DNA from: Pseudovirgaria hyperparasitica
Taxonomy: Eukaryota
Reading direction: 5' to 3' (one strand)
Length of the DNA stretch: 64,000 nucleotides
Assembly: GCA_010093815.1 (NCBI GenBank)
Contig: ML996565.1
A model generated the notes under the pieces. It searched no databases and was not told the DNA's origin. It was given only the letters and a program-made list of their open reading frames with translations. This document shows, piece after piece, positions 13,352 to 26,398 of the stretch; the stretch's first letter is position 1, and each line of letters starts with the position of its first letter. The position numbers were made by a program, and so were the translations under genes.

Positions 13352-15486
13352 CGTAGTGATGCCACACTCTGAGATGGTAGTGCCGATATCCTTCCCATCG
13401 AGCCTCTTCCGCGGCCCTCGCGGCGTGTTTGACGCCTTGTGTGCAGAGTTTTGACCGGTTTTACTGCCTTGCGCACCAGCTTCCCTGCTTGAAGACACTG
13501 TGGCGACCGAAGCTGGAAGTAGGTAGGGAATCTTGAAGGATTGTTGGTCGAGATGGGGAGAGTGGGAGGAGGTACGGGTGGCGGAAGGCTCAAGTTCGAG
13601 CTGCAGAATCAGAAGGCAATGGTATGAGCGCTAAATCCAAGAAGAAATCGCAGAGCAAGAGAGACGCTGTTCCAGATATAATTTTGTAGTCGGTGTGGCT
13701 TTTGCAAAGCAATGGTGAGCTATATAGGCGGCGTGTCGTATATTGACGAGGATCGGTAAAATGACAGACAACAGGGGACGTTGCAGAAGTACAAAGGCCG
13801 CACCGAGCAAGCGAATGCACCACGTCAAAGGAAGGAGGAAGATCTGGTAAGAGAGTGAGTCGTCAAGTGCGTAGAAGCGTGAATGGGCGTTCTGTAGCAA
13901 ATCGTGAATCGTAGCAGATTTGAGGATGGTACGCCCCCCCTTGTCTGGAAAGACGGTGGCCGCCTATAGCGGAGCAAGGCGCAAAGAGAGAGATAAAATT
14001 AGACAGATACAAGGCCTTTGCAAGAGGCGAAGAAGAGGACGAATGTGTGAGACGAAGGGTGGAAGGGTGGAGCGGAGTGGTGACGAGTAGATGGTTGGCG
14101 AGGAGGGATGAGGTCGAGTGAATGGCAGCAGTAAGAATGATTTCAATGGATACCAAAGTTGACAGTCAGTCAGTACGATGAGGGTCTGGAGGAAGCGCAG
14201 CAAAGAGGGAAGTCGACAATTGCGGCAGGCACGCTAGAACTAACCCGCACCCACGCCCAAAACCGCCCACAGATTTCATTATTGGGCACTCGACCTACCC
14301 ACTAATACACTAACCACCCACCCAAGCACCACGCTGACCAGGATGGATATACATATGTATATGATGTATACAACAGACCTGCTTGCTATCGTTCGCCTCG
14401 TCCACACTGCTGTACTTGCTCACGAGCAATCGAAGCGGCTCGCTCTCACAGCTCGAGCAGAATGAACAAGTCAACGGCCTCAACAGTACAGTCACGGCTT
14501 CAACAGGAGGCTCATCATTGTCCTCTGTCTGAATGGAATAGAGATGCTTGTCAGATGCTCCCGAGAGATGTTCAGACCAGTATACTACCGTGGTGGCTGT
14601 ACCTTTGTGGCCAGCTCCGCTCATCCCCAGCTGAGAGCGCGAGATTGACTCAGCAGCACTCGACCCGTTAGGCCATATCTTTGATGATTGATGATGCTGA
14701 TGCTGATGCTGACTGGGTGTGTAGTACGGCGATGCGTATCCGGCTGACCAGCGGACATGAATGAGCATACGGTGTTAGCCATAGCAGCATTCGCGTTACG
14801 GGACCTGCATGGCGTTGGCAGGCGACTTGTCAATCCTCCTACAGCCATAATTACGTCCGTACAGCCATACAGCCATACAGCCATACGGCCATGTTTGAAG
14901 AGCGGCGAGGCGGGGCCTAAACCGAGCGGTAGACAGCGGCCGCCCTGGCGATGGCTCCCGCGTTTCCGAGCTGGATATTAGGTGCCACTCTCAAGCAGTC
15001 ATTTCTGCTGTCTGGTAGCCCTGCGCGTTGCGTCCCTTGAATCGAACAGGTAATTAATTATGATCAACACCAGGTCGAAACGCTATGCTGACTCGTAGAG
15101 GAAGGTCAAAATGACAGAATTGACCGGACAAGGACTACAAGACACACATGCAGCAAGACTCGAGTAAACTGAGAGCCACAAATGTCTCTCTGCCTGGTTC
15201 CCTCGGCTGTGGCTGTGATATGCCATCGCACATCATTGTCATGATACGGTGGTGGTTGTGGTGGTTATGGTGGTGATGTGCAAGTGGCTGGCGGGCTGCA
15301 TACTCGGGGACTGGACACCCCGCAATTTAGGCGCCACTTTTGACGCCTCAGGCAACAACTAAGCAGGGATCTGGTGCCGGAACAGCATGACGTGCATCCA
15401 TCCTCCCTTCGTTCCTTCCCGTCCTTCCATATCTTTGTCCATTCACTCTCCTGTACACATACTTCCGCATTGAGCCGTAAAGTACT

Positions 15487-16359
15487 ATGTCGCGAAGACT
15501 ACGTAAGTGCTGCGTTCCATTCCCTCCATTCTGCAGTGAATGCATGCTAACAGCCACCACCAACAGTAAATCCTATCATCTTGTACCTAATACCATCCCC
15601 CCTCTCTTTCCCTTCATCCGAGTCCACGCAGCCCTAACCGTCGCCCACAACAGTATCTGCGACCTACAGGAAAAGTTCCGACCGGCCATCCACGAGTTTG
15701 CAAAGGTCGTGACCACCACCCAGAAAGTTCTGCGCGCAAGTACGTTTTCAATTGCTGATTGTTCCCTCATTCTCCGCGCAGCAAATTGACAATCGCCAGG
15801 CCAAGCCCTTAATATCCCCGTCGTAGCCTCGACCCAGAACCGCGCTCGTCTCGGCGAAACCGTACCTGACCTCAAGCTCGACTCCAAAGATGCCGACGGC
15901 ATACCCACCATCGCCCACGTTGACAAGACGCTGTTCTCCATGTGGACGCCCGAGGTCCAAGCCGCCGTCTCCTCTTTGCCAAACAGCAAGTCCGGGCAGA
16001 AACACGAGGTTGTGATTGTAGGTATCGAAAGCCACATATGCGTCACCCAGACGACACTGGATCTGCTTGCTGCTGGACACAAGGTCTATGTGCTTGCGGA
16101 CGGGGTTAGTAGTGTGAACAGGGAGGAAGTCCCGATTGCGTTGGCGCGACTGAGGAGTGCCGGTGCGACGGTAACGACGAGTGAGAGCTGGATCTACGAG
16201 TGCATGGGAGACGCGGGAATTGCTGAGTATGCTGCGACGAATGGAGAGTGAGTTGTGGAATTTGCTGACTTTGGCGATAGGTTCAAGACGATTGCCAAGC
16301 TTGTCAAGGAGACCGGGACCAGCACAAAGGACGTTCTGCAGACGCTTTGCAAGTTTTGA
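15487..16359 (+). CDS. Isochorismatase-family hydrolase (ISOC/YcaC-like)
   Basis: Spliced protein MSRRLLNPIIFICDLQEKFRP...DKTLFSM...VGIESHICVTQTTLDLL...VLADGVSS. Includes a 16-nt micro-exon at 15567-15582. Stop TGA at 16357-16359. Confidence 0.9.
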
Positions 16360-16498
16360 TCGTGCTGCCCTCTTGAGGCACCATGTCTGGATAAAGTTGA
16401 TATATCCATAGCGATACCTGATGAAGCCAGACCATGCGTATGTGAACAATCACTAACATACTATGGTTGTCTACTGCTCTGTACACGCAAATTCGAGC

Positions 16499-17951
16499 CT
16501 AGACGTCCTCCTTCGTCTCCTTCGTCTCCTTCGCCTCTTTCTCCATGTACTCCAAACAACCCCTCGCCATCTCCCCCTGCTCATCCGTCCGCACGACAAG
16601 CACTCTCTTCTCGCCCTCGGTTCTCCGCCCAATATCCACCACCGCCGCATTCCCAACATCGGCATTCCGCACCTCATCAATCTCAAACCCCAAACACTCC
16701 ACCCCACGACCCACCGCCCTCCGCAACTCCACCCCCTTCTCCCCAATCCCGCCCGCAAAAACAAGCGCATCCACACGCCCGCCCAGCGCAACATAGTAAC
16801 TGCCCACAAACCCCAATATCCGATCCACAAACACGTCAAACGCCAGCCGCGCCCCCTCATCCCCCTTACCATCACCACCATCAGCCATAGCCCGCGCACT
16901 AATCACCCCAAAATCCGTCGTCCCTGCCAGCGCCGCCCACCCACTCTCCTTATTCAGCACCTCCTCCGCATACGTAACATGCATATCCCGCGCACTACTC
17001 CGACTCATCCGGCCCGCCCGATGCGTATAATGAAACACCAAGCTCGGATCCACACTGCCTGCCCTCGTCGCACCAGGCAAACCCGAAGCAGGCGTCAGCC
17101 CCATACTCGTGTCCACGCTCTTCCCGCCACGGATCGCACATGCCGACGCGCCGGAGCCGAGATGCAAGGCGATGATGTTTGTGGCTGCCGGGGAGAGGTT
17201 CAGGTGGCTGGATGTGAGGCGCAGGATGGAGGCGTAGGAGAGGCCGTGGAAGCCGTACTTGCGGAGGGCGTTGGTGTGGGCGATGGTGCGGTTTATGGGG
17301 TAGGTGGTGATGGCGCGGGGGAGGGTGGTGTGGAAGGTTGTGTCGAAGAAGGCGATTTGGCGGGTTTTTGGCGGGAGGAGGGTTGTGCAGGTGCGGATTA
17401 GGGTGAGGGCGGGGGTGTTGTGGCTGTTTTAGGGGTGTTTGTTAGGGGGTTGTGGATGTTGATTAGGATGTAGATTGGGATATGGAGAGGGTAATAGTGG
17501 AAAAGAGGGACGTGCCAGTCTGTAGGGAAGGAATATAGGAAAATGTATAAACATACAGCGGCGCCAAATCACTCAACCGCTCAATCCGCTGCACCGTCTC
17601 CTCGTCCACAACCTGCGCATCCGCAAACTCGCCCCCATGCACAACCCGATGACACACATACGCATAATCCGCCTTGCTCCCAACCTCCACCAGCCCCTCG
17701 TCCTGCTCCAGCTGCTGCATGATGGCCTTGAAAGCGTCCTCCTGTGTGGTGACGCCCTCGACCTCGCGCGAGATGGGCTTTTCGGACTGGTGGTGGTGGT
17801 ACTTGAGGGTTGCGGGCGGGGCGGTCAGGCCGTCGATGGTGCATTGGGCGATAGACTTTGGGGTGTTTGTAGATGTGAGGGTGGAGGAGTCGTAGAGGGT
17901 TACTTTGACGCTGGAGGAGCCGGCGTTTATGGCGAGGATTAGGGGTGGCAT
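16499..17951 (-). CDS. ackA: Acetate kinase
   Basis: Acetokinase motifs ILAINAGSSSVK, HRVVHGG, APL|HN (intron), FDTTFH, RKYGFHGLSY, HLGSGAS, SMGLTPASGLPGATRAGSVDP, VFAGGIGE and TDEQ. Confidence 0.95.
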
Positions 17952-19145
17952 TGTGCGTGGTTGTGGGAGATGTGTGGAGGGCTGAGGGGTGTTCAATCGG
18001 GGGATCGGTGGTATTTGTGTAGTTGGGGCAAAGGATGGAGAGAAGATAATGTCAGACTCTCGTATGATTGTGGAGTGAGTAAGTGAGTAAGCGAGTGAAT
18101 AAGTGAGTAAGTAGCATGAATATGGATCCATCCATCGATATCGTGACAATGACGCAACCTCGTCCCACGTCTAGGGCACGGCCTGGTCGGCTCGAAGCGC
18201 TCTAGTCGCATTTGAAACCAAACATCAGAACATCAACCATCAAAACCTTCTCATTCCTAGGCAATATCAGATCAGGCGTCATCTTCATCTTTTGCGTACG
18301 AATGTGATAGACCGGCTCGCGATGTTGAATTAGACTCTGCCATGCCCAGGCGCTTTTCCCAACCTGGCAGGCATCCATTAGAACTTCAGACCAACCAACC
18401 ACTCTCAGAACAATCAACATACTATAAGATCCAGCATTATCAGCTCATCTGCTAACCTATCAAGTGCAGAACACGTCGTACAGCGATAATAGATCATCCA
18501 TGGCATCCATCACAACGCCCAGCACTTCCTCACCTGTCATGCCCCATGGGCCATCTCTTCGTATGGAACCCAAGTGTGTCGCTAGCGACCGTCTCGAAGG
18601 GAATCCAGTGGAGTACAGTAGCCGAATTTGTTGATTTCTACTTTGAGTACCTGTGTCGTCCGCCATATGTTACACCCAGGTCTCGGAGGGCCTTTTGAAC
18701 CATCGTGGACTTCGACTTGTATGTTATCCTGGAATTGGAGTGGATGTATGTCTTGCCCTTTGGCGGATCGCTCTATGTCTCGGGACATGCTGGTGCTAAG
18801 CGGTAGATGACACATTGTTGTGAGGGTGTTCACGACTTTTTAAGTTGTGTTAATGCCTGCTTGGATCTTGGACGAAGGACTGGTGGATGTCTCCTCGTAG
18901 CCTGCATATCATCTGGGAGTGTCGTCAAGACTCGTGTCGTCAGCATGGCATTGTCATGCGGCTCGAAATTCTCCAGACAGAGACAATGAATGGTATTGGA
19001 AGTCCTTCTACCAATGGTCATGTTCGATGCCTTATGTCCTCCTGTCTTATCTATTAGTCTGATGTTGTCCTGACAATACTCAGCGTTACATCAACACATT
19101 CAGTCCAAGAGGCCATTATCTCCATCCTAAAGTACACGCACGCGA

Positions 19146-20173
19146 TGATATCTCCTCCCTGCCCAACGACTCCGAAGACCTTTTCAACCGGTCGCGTTGC
19201 CGCAAGTGGCTCTTGACCCCGACGACATGCCTCATCTCCATCCTGACCAGTCTTTCGGCGAGTACTTACGGTGCCGATGATGACAAGATAGCTACTCGCT
19301 TCAACATTAACTATTCCACATTACCTTAACTGTTCTTTTTGCACCGATATCTTGGGATGTGGAAGGGCGCTGACATCTTCCCGCTGCTCATCCTGTTCCT
19401 GAGATTCCTCCTACGCTCAGCCCTAGTGCCGAAGTCTGCCATACTCTTAATTACTCGCTTCTTCGATTGCGGTGACGCAAATTTCTATCGGCATAGCCAT
19501 CATCGGCGGCACCATCACGGACATCTGACAAGGCTGCTCGGGACTCAGCTCGCCCATCTCCATCTTCGGCTGCCCCCTCTGTCGTCGGCATCATGCTTGG
19601 ACCGTTCATGTGCGGCGCTGGATATACTGGCTCCAGCTCGCCATCTACACTGGCCTCCTGCCCGTCTTCTACCCGTTTCTACGTGAGACCTGCGCCGCCA
19701 CCCTCCTCGCCACCGGCCTGAGCCCCTTTTCAGATACCCCCAATCTCTCCATCACCCGCTGCATCACCGAGCGGCCCGGCACGTCCTCCCAGCAAGCCGC
19801 CTCTACTCCGCCGTGCCGGGTAGACTTTCTCTCCATAAGCGTGGCTCTTCTCGTACGGCTGGGCATCCACTACATCGTGCCCGCCTTCACAATCGCCTGC
19901 GTCGGCAGCGGCATGGCATCTACGCCACCTACATTGCCGTTCGTCAACGACGTTGCCGACGTATACGAAAACCACGCCGCAACGTCTTTAGGCGCTGTCT
20001 TGCCGTTTGCCAGCCCGGCGCTGTTTACGCAGTTCGGGGTTCCGCTGGACGGGCGGGGCAGTCTGTTGGGGTTTGTGGATTTGGTGCTCGGTGTGGCGCC
20101 TGTTGTGCTGCTGGTCATGGGGTGGGAGGTATGTGGGAGGAGTCTGTTTATGAGTCAGGCGTGTGTTGAATGA
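19146..20173 (+). pseudogene. Decayed MFS transporter (DHA1 drug:H+ antiporter-like)
   Basis: Fragments in different frames: NDSEDLFNRSRCRKWLLT (cf. DPxNWSxxRKW), RWIYWLQLAIYTGLLPVFYPFLRET, and GAVLPFASPALF...SLLGFVDLVLGVAP. The span is far too short for 12 transmembrane helices and is frameshifted. Confidence 0.7.
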
Positions 20174-20534
20174 GGGGGGTAAGTGGGTGCTGGGGATTGG
20201 CGTGGGGAGTCGGGGTGCAGATTGATGTGGGATGCCGGTGGGGGATATCTCGATAAAATAAGATTCTTGATTCTAATCCGTTTGTTTCATTCGGACTCCT
20301 CTTTCCCATACCTACCCTCTCGACCTCCCGGCTCTCCATTTGTCCATTCATCCTACAGCCCTTCCACGCCATGTATTCTGAACATATCACAGCCGAGATA
20401 CTCTGATGAATCACTTTATTAGCATGGTGTGGTATACGACAGTATAGCATCGTATCTTACGTAAACGGACGGAATGGATGAGGTGGAGCTAGGTTATGGA
20501 GTTGTAACACGGCGTAGTATAGAGTGGTGTGTTA

Positions 20535-20695
20535 CAGTACGGCACGGTAGGGCGCAGCATGGCATGGCGTAACATGGGATAGTACAGGATAGCTTAGGAC
20601 GGTATAGGATAACATAGGATAGTATAGGATAGCATAGGATAAAACAGGATAACATAGGATAGCAATCATAGCATGGTGTAGCATGGCATGGCATA
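20535..20695. repeat. Degenerate pentanucleotide repeat (GATAG/CATAG/CATGG)
   Basis: Runs such as ataggatagtataggatagcataggat and gcatggcatggcat. Confidence 0.7.
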
Positions 20696-22556
20696 AAACA
20701 ACAGCACACCCAATCAACCATCCCTACCATGTCTACCAACAACACTCTATCTTCTATTCCATCCCGGTCCTATTTCACGTCCCCTTACTTCTTACCCCAC
20801 ACCCCATTGACGCAAGGGATGCTGATACTCGCCACATACAACTCCGCCCGAGAACAAACAACCCTTCTTCTTGCCACATACAACTTTAATTGAGGGGGGA
20901 AATCGCCCTCTGTTATGACATGTCGAGACAAGATAGGAAATCACCTTACCTTACATACACATTCCGCAGATAGCACATTACACCCGGGCACAGTACAGTG
21001 CAGTATAAAACAGTAAACAAATTACATACCAGCAACATACAATCCCCGTGACCGTGTTTAGAAGTTATATCTCCGGTGGTAAGTAAGCAAAGTAACTCAA
21101 GGTAAGTAAATGCGAAGTTCGATTTCGACAAAAAACTACTCGAAAACCCCAGGAGGATTCACTATACTACGACACCCACTACGACTCGATCGATATACCA
21201 CGAACAACCGCGCGGTTCCGACGAACCACCCAATCCACCTACCTATTCTCCCCGAGATAGGACGTCTTACCAACGATCTATGCCCACGATCTAATTAACA
21301 CCCATGCTCCATCTAACACACATGCAAAATCCATCCAAACGCAATCGAAACCCATCCATGTTCCAAGAAATTCTGGAGAAACCCCCACGCTTGGGAAGTC
21401 CAAGTCCTAAACCCAAACATCCATCCCCACAAAGACTAGACTAGATCAAAGACCCTTGAGTTTCTCATGATTTGCCCCGTTCTGCCGCCCTCCACGCAGA
21501 AACATGTGTTCCATCAGAATCAACAACCCGGAACTTCCTCATCCATGATGCATTACCCACCACATAACTGCCTTTCCCACCTTTGCCCACCTTTTCCCAT
21601 CGTACACTTACGCGTATCACCAATATCGATAACGCGCGGAATCTTCCACCGGAGAATTATGCAGAGAAGGGTCGGAGAATTAGAAGAATTAAAAAGCACA
21701 CACGTACGTATGTACATGTACGCACGAGTCATGTCCCTTACACCCCCGCAATGAATTCCCAACAATGGATCCTCCCACCTTCCATCGATATCCCTCAATA
21801 CCCAATACTGTCGTGCTCAGTCAACCAAGGCATGAAGGTATCAACGCCAGAACCAAAACATCACACTCCAAGACCAGTAGATTGATCACATACTCACAAA
21901 CACAATCACCAAAAAATCAAAACAAGCACTCCTCAAATTCATAATCCAATGTCATCCCTCCCTCCTTACCCCTCTCTCCCGTAAACCTAGCCCCCTGAAC
22001 CCAACCCCCTCCCCGCAAAACCAAACAGAACTTCACAACAACACAGCACAACACAACATGTAATTAAACCCAAAATATCCATTCCATTCCACAAGCAAAT
22101 ATATATATCGGAGTGATCCAATCCCAATCTAAGTTAGCGCCCCAATACGCCATTTGCACAAACACAAACACAGACATGTATATAGGTAATGGCTTCGTTT
22201 TCTTAATCTTTCATCATTGCCACCATAGCCACCATAGCCACTTACTTACTATCTCGGGCCATCCAAGAACCAAAAAAGAAGGAAATTGATCCGTTTAGGT
22301 CTTTAGGAGAGAGAGAGAGAGTCAAGGCAAGCCAAGTCAAGCCACTGTGACGTGACGAGACGAGACAAACGTAGCCCAATGCAAAAAAAAAATACATGTC
22401 AAAAGTCCTGCTCTCAACGTTTTGCTCACTCATGGTATAATATCTCTCGTTCCAAACACAGAACGCCCGCAACCACGTCCCTTCAAGATTGCATAGCTTG
22501 CATGTGCTGCCACAGGTGCAGACCAGGCTGTCATGCCGTCGTGCAGTGCCACAGAA

Positions 22557-23573
22557 TCACAAGTGCGCCGTCATCTCGACCACCCTGCGCTCGCACGAGT
22601 CGACCTTCTCCTTGGTAGCCACCCACCACTCCCGAAACGCCTTGTCGAGCGCGCCCTCCGTCTCGAAGATCTCCACGTCGACTTTGCGGCTCGCGTGGCG
22701 CAGTCGGACCAGAGTCTCGGACTTGAGGTGGAAGAGCTCGGCGCGGAAGTAGGCGGTCATGGGTTTGGCTGGGAGCTGGAAGGAGCGCTCTGTGCTGAGA
22801 GCAGGGGAGTTGCATTCATCGGATCCCGTCTTTGTGGGCAGTGGAGAGGGCGAGGGTAGGTTGGCGCCACCGCCGAAAGCGTAGCCGGCCTTGGTGATGG
22901 GTGAGACGGGGGTTGGAGGCAGCGATGTATCGGATACGGCTGAGACAGGGGGCGAGGGCGAGGAGCCGATTGACAGAGCGGGCACGCTGCGGATCACGGA
23001 GTCAGAGCACGTACGGTCGAGGATGGTGATTGATCCGAACTTCTTCTTGATATTGGCGAACGATTCTGCTGGAGATGGTCCGAGGCCAGAATCGTCGTGA
23101 TACGGGTACGCGGGCTCAGCAAGGCTCAAGGCGCTCATCTTGGAGCTTGACAGGAGGTCTTCTTCGTCCTCGTCCTTGCCTTCCTCTATCTCGGTGATCA
23201 TCTGGCTTTTCAGGTCCTGGAGGCGTTGGAAGGACGTGGAGACTGCGGCACCGGCGTGCTGAAGCGTCGTGATGCTGTCACGGAGCGACTGGGGAAGCTG
23301 AGTCCATAGGCCAGAGGACATGTACCACTCGCGGAGGTGGTCGGTGTCGTAGCTGAACGAGTCATGGTCCTGAGCAACGAGGGTCCGACAGATGTCAGAA
23401 GGTTGGCTAGAGAGAGAAGAGTTGCGTCGTACGTTTGACGAGAACGACTGGCGGGTTGAGGAGCGTCTTGGATGATGACGCTCGCGGGAGTGGAGTGCTG
23501 GACTCGCAGAAGGGTTGGAGATACGTGGTGCAGGCACCAGTGTCGGTTTGGGAGTGGTCGACTCGAGAGGCAT
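22557..23573 (-). CDS. Hypothetical protein, 338 aa, intronless
   Basis: ATG-initiated ORF with coding-like codon usage; helical blocks (FSYDTDHLREWY...LQHAGAAV; YFRAELFHLKSETLVRLRH) flank an S/P-rich linker. No domain recognised. Confidence 0.8.
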   Translation of the reverse strand: MPLESTTPKPTLVPAPRISNPSASPALHSRERHHPRRSSTRQSFSSNVRRNSSLSSQPSDICRTLVAQDHDSFSYDTDHLREWYMSSGLWTQLPQSLRDSITTLQHAGAAVSTSFQRLQDLKSQMITEIEEGKDEDEEDLLSSSKMSALSLAEPAYPYHDDSGLGPSPAESFANIKKKFGSITILDRTCSDSVIRSVPALSIGSSPSPPVSAVSDTSLPPTPVSPITKAGYAFGGGANLPSPSPLPTKTGSDECNSPALSTERSFQLPAKPMTAYFRAELFHLKSETLVRLRHASRKVDVEIFETEGALDKAFREWWVATKEKVDSCERRVVEMTAHL

Positions 23574-25333
23574 ATTGACTGAGCCTTGGATTTTGAGGTT
23601 ATGTTCGATGAAAGGAAGGACTTTGGGTCAGTATGGATCGGTCGCCAGCTGTTCAGGCTAGCGGACTGGCGTGGGTATCACTTTTGGGGTATAGTAGGAA
23701 TGATAGAGCAAAAGGAGTCGAAGAGGATGGAGGAGAGGAGGATAGAGGAATGTAAAGGACTCGGAGGAAACTGTGGCTGGAGATGTTGATGTTTGTAATC
23801 GACGACAACAGACTGGTTGTGAAGGAGATCCGGAGCCAGATCCGGAAAGCACAAACACGGAAGTGCCAAGAAGTGTAGGGCTTGCTTGGGGACGATGGAT
23901 ATATGTCAAGCAACAGTGGACAGGTATGAGTGGATGATGGTGCTAGGCAAAGAAACAGAGAGGAAGCGGGCCTCCCTTTGTATAAAAAAAGACAGGTGGT
24001 GAAGTCAGCCAGGGGCACAGCCTGGATTTGGTTGGGGGACATGGACAACAATGGGAAACCGGGGATTTTGGCCAAGACAAGAAGACATGGATGTTACGTA
24101 GGTACCAAGTAGATGAGGATGAAGGGATGTTGCACGCGTACTGGAAGTCTGAAAGAGTGGATAATTAAATAATACAAAAAAACTCGTGGAGACGGCAACA
24201 CGGAGAGATGAGCTGATGCGTGGCCAGGATGATTTCGTACAACATTCCCGGGCCACGTGACCGGTCGTTGCGCCAATCGATTCGCCGGCCGGGGAGATGC
24301 GCTGAGGTTTCCGTACCACGGACATCTAGGAATCCCACGCTTTCTTTGCTCCCTCCGAAACATCAAGACGTCACTGGTCAACATACACTTCGAGCCGGGT
24401 TGGGATTCATGGGGGCAGAGGGGGGGGGAGGGGGTGGATTGTAAATGGTGGATGGTGGATGATCGTTATGACCGCTCGACCTCGAAACGAACGCTCCCTG
24501 GTTGCTGAAGTGCGATGTGGGCGTCGACCAGCCGGGGATTCCTGGCTCATGTCGTGCTACATTTTCTGCTCGTCATCTCGTGTCGCCCTTCCGCAAACCG
24601 CCGGATTCGTTGATGCTGTAGCTGCAGAATACCATCGCGCAACGAGATGCTAATCAAGAGAGCTTCTGTCCCGGCCGCAGCGCGTTTTGTTTGTGGCCGT
24701 GTTGTGACCATGCACTTTTGCCAAGAGAGGCTGATGAGGCATCCGTGTAACAGATTTGATCCTGGAACGTCCTGGCTGGGAGGAAGAAGAGTCCAAATTT
24801 AGTACTCGGAGACATACACAAATACACACACACGTACACACACATACACGCCACAAGTATCACGCCTCCTGTTGCTGCTGTTATAGAGAGCACAGCAATT
24901 CCTGATGGCTTCGTGCCGCTCTCACTCATTCCTCTTTAAACCCCCCCATGTCTTTACGCAACAGCAGACGGATGTCGCCTCGTCCATGGCATCAATGTTC
25001 AAGTTTATGACCGCTTCAGGGATGTTATCAGTGCAAGGCAGGGTTTCAGGTCAAAGAATAGATGAGACAGGCTACGTGCTGTCGAGCTTATGCTGTTGGT
25101 GTGGTGACCATAGCCAACACACTTTATGCAAGTAATACTCCTCGAATGATACTGCTGCTGGGGTAATGCGAGACATTTACCTTATCATCATCTTAGTCAT
25201 GCATCCTACCTATATCATTGCGCACGTCATATTGCGGTCTGCTAAAACAAGACGCTGTTTACAAACACGCTTTTCCACATAGCTCATCCCATACCGTACG
25301 CCTTGAAGCCACAATATGAGTATTACTCGTAAT

Positions 25334-26143
25334 TTACTCCAGTCTAGATCTCCAAGGTTAGTCAGGTTCGATGCAGTGCCACGTGGTTCAAATGATAGTC
25401 AGAGCTGTTGGCGACTGTATATTAAAATGCGCGAGGGGTGGGCTGCTTACCGTTCAATCAAGTGCAGTCCAGAAGCCGTCTCGATCACATCACTGACCTT
25501 GCCGGGCTCCAATGCGAACGCGGCATCTTCGAACTCCTTCTGCATATCGCCACGCCCAAAGAATCCCCTAGCCCGATAGTGTCAGCCCATAGCGCCCAAG
25601 TAATGCTACACACACAGAGTTAGGCAGCTGCCGCAATTGGCACACTCACAGGTCTCCGGACTTTCGGGCACTGCTGCAGTCTGATTCTGATATGGCCAGA
25701 TCTCCGAGGGATTTCTGTCCGGATGCAATTGTCGCCTTGTGCGCCTCGATGATAGAACGTGCCTCTTCCTTGGTGCGTGTGATCTTCGACTCCCTCCAGC
25801 TCGCTGGTCTCCTGCTACCCATGTGCTTGACCAGCAGGTGGGCGCATCGTATCTTGCCATCACTGTTGCCGTTGCCAACTTGGCTGCTTCCGGTGCTGTG
25901 GTAGCTGGCCATGTACAACTTGAGCTTTTCGGAATCGGTCCCGGCCGGCGGTTCCCATCGTGACTCTTTCTGGGCAGGGTTGAAATAGTAGGGCAGATTC
26001 TTCGAGTTGGAGTGTCGGACCTCCCAACCGGAAGGTAGACCTGAATCGCTCTTCAACTTGGTCAATACGCGTTGCTCAATGGAAAGGGATCCCAGCGTAG
26101 AAAGGGAAACAAGGGAGCTAGCTGCTGGAAAGTTGCTCACCAT
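25334..26143 (-). CDS. ESS1: Peptidyl-prolyl cis-trans isomerase Ess1/Pin1 (WW + parvulin)
   Basis: Exon 1 codes only the ATG (26143), followed by a GTGAGC intron. WW domain LPSGWEVRHSNSKNLPYYFN...SRWEPP; parvulin HLLVKHMGSRRPASWR, SDCSSARKSGDL|GFFGRGDMQKEFEDAAFAL, GLHLIER|LE*. Confidence 0.95.
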
Positions 26144-26398
26144 GATGATCTGCGAAACCTTGGGAGAGTGTAGATGCGCCAAAGTGTTTGTATGCGCCAA
26201 CGACGTTGAATGTCAGTGTTGGATTCGCAGTTGTGGAGAATAAGTGGCGGCCGACGTTATGCACAGCTGATGATGGATGGTCAACACCTCCAGCGGTTGG
26301 CGGGGTTGCCCTAAAACCGAAACCAACTGAAACTTTGTCCTTTTAAGTTTAGCTAATCCCCACAAACATGAACGTCCACTTCACATTAACAGAGTATT

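Noticed and set aside
16463..17401. 312-aa plus-strand ORF
   Set aside because: Antisense shadow of acetate kinase; H/P/R-rich with no domain
18200..19021. Broken minus-strand ORFs upstream of acetate kinase
   Set aside because: Possibly a relic, but no recognisable family motifs and no phosphoketolase similarity visible
1541..20173. Secondary-metabolite cluster (laccase, hydrolase, MFS)
   Set aside because: No PKS, NRPS or terpene backbone gene and no cluster transcription factor; genes are interspersed with housekeeping functions and the MFS is dead
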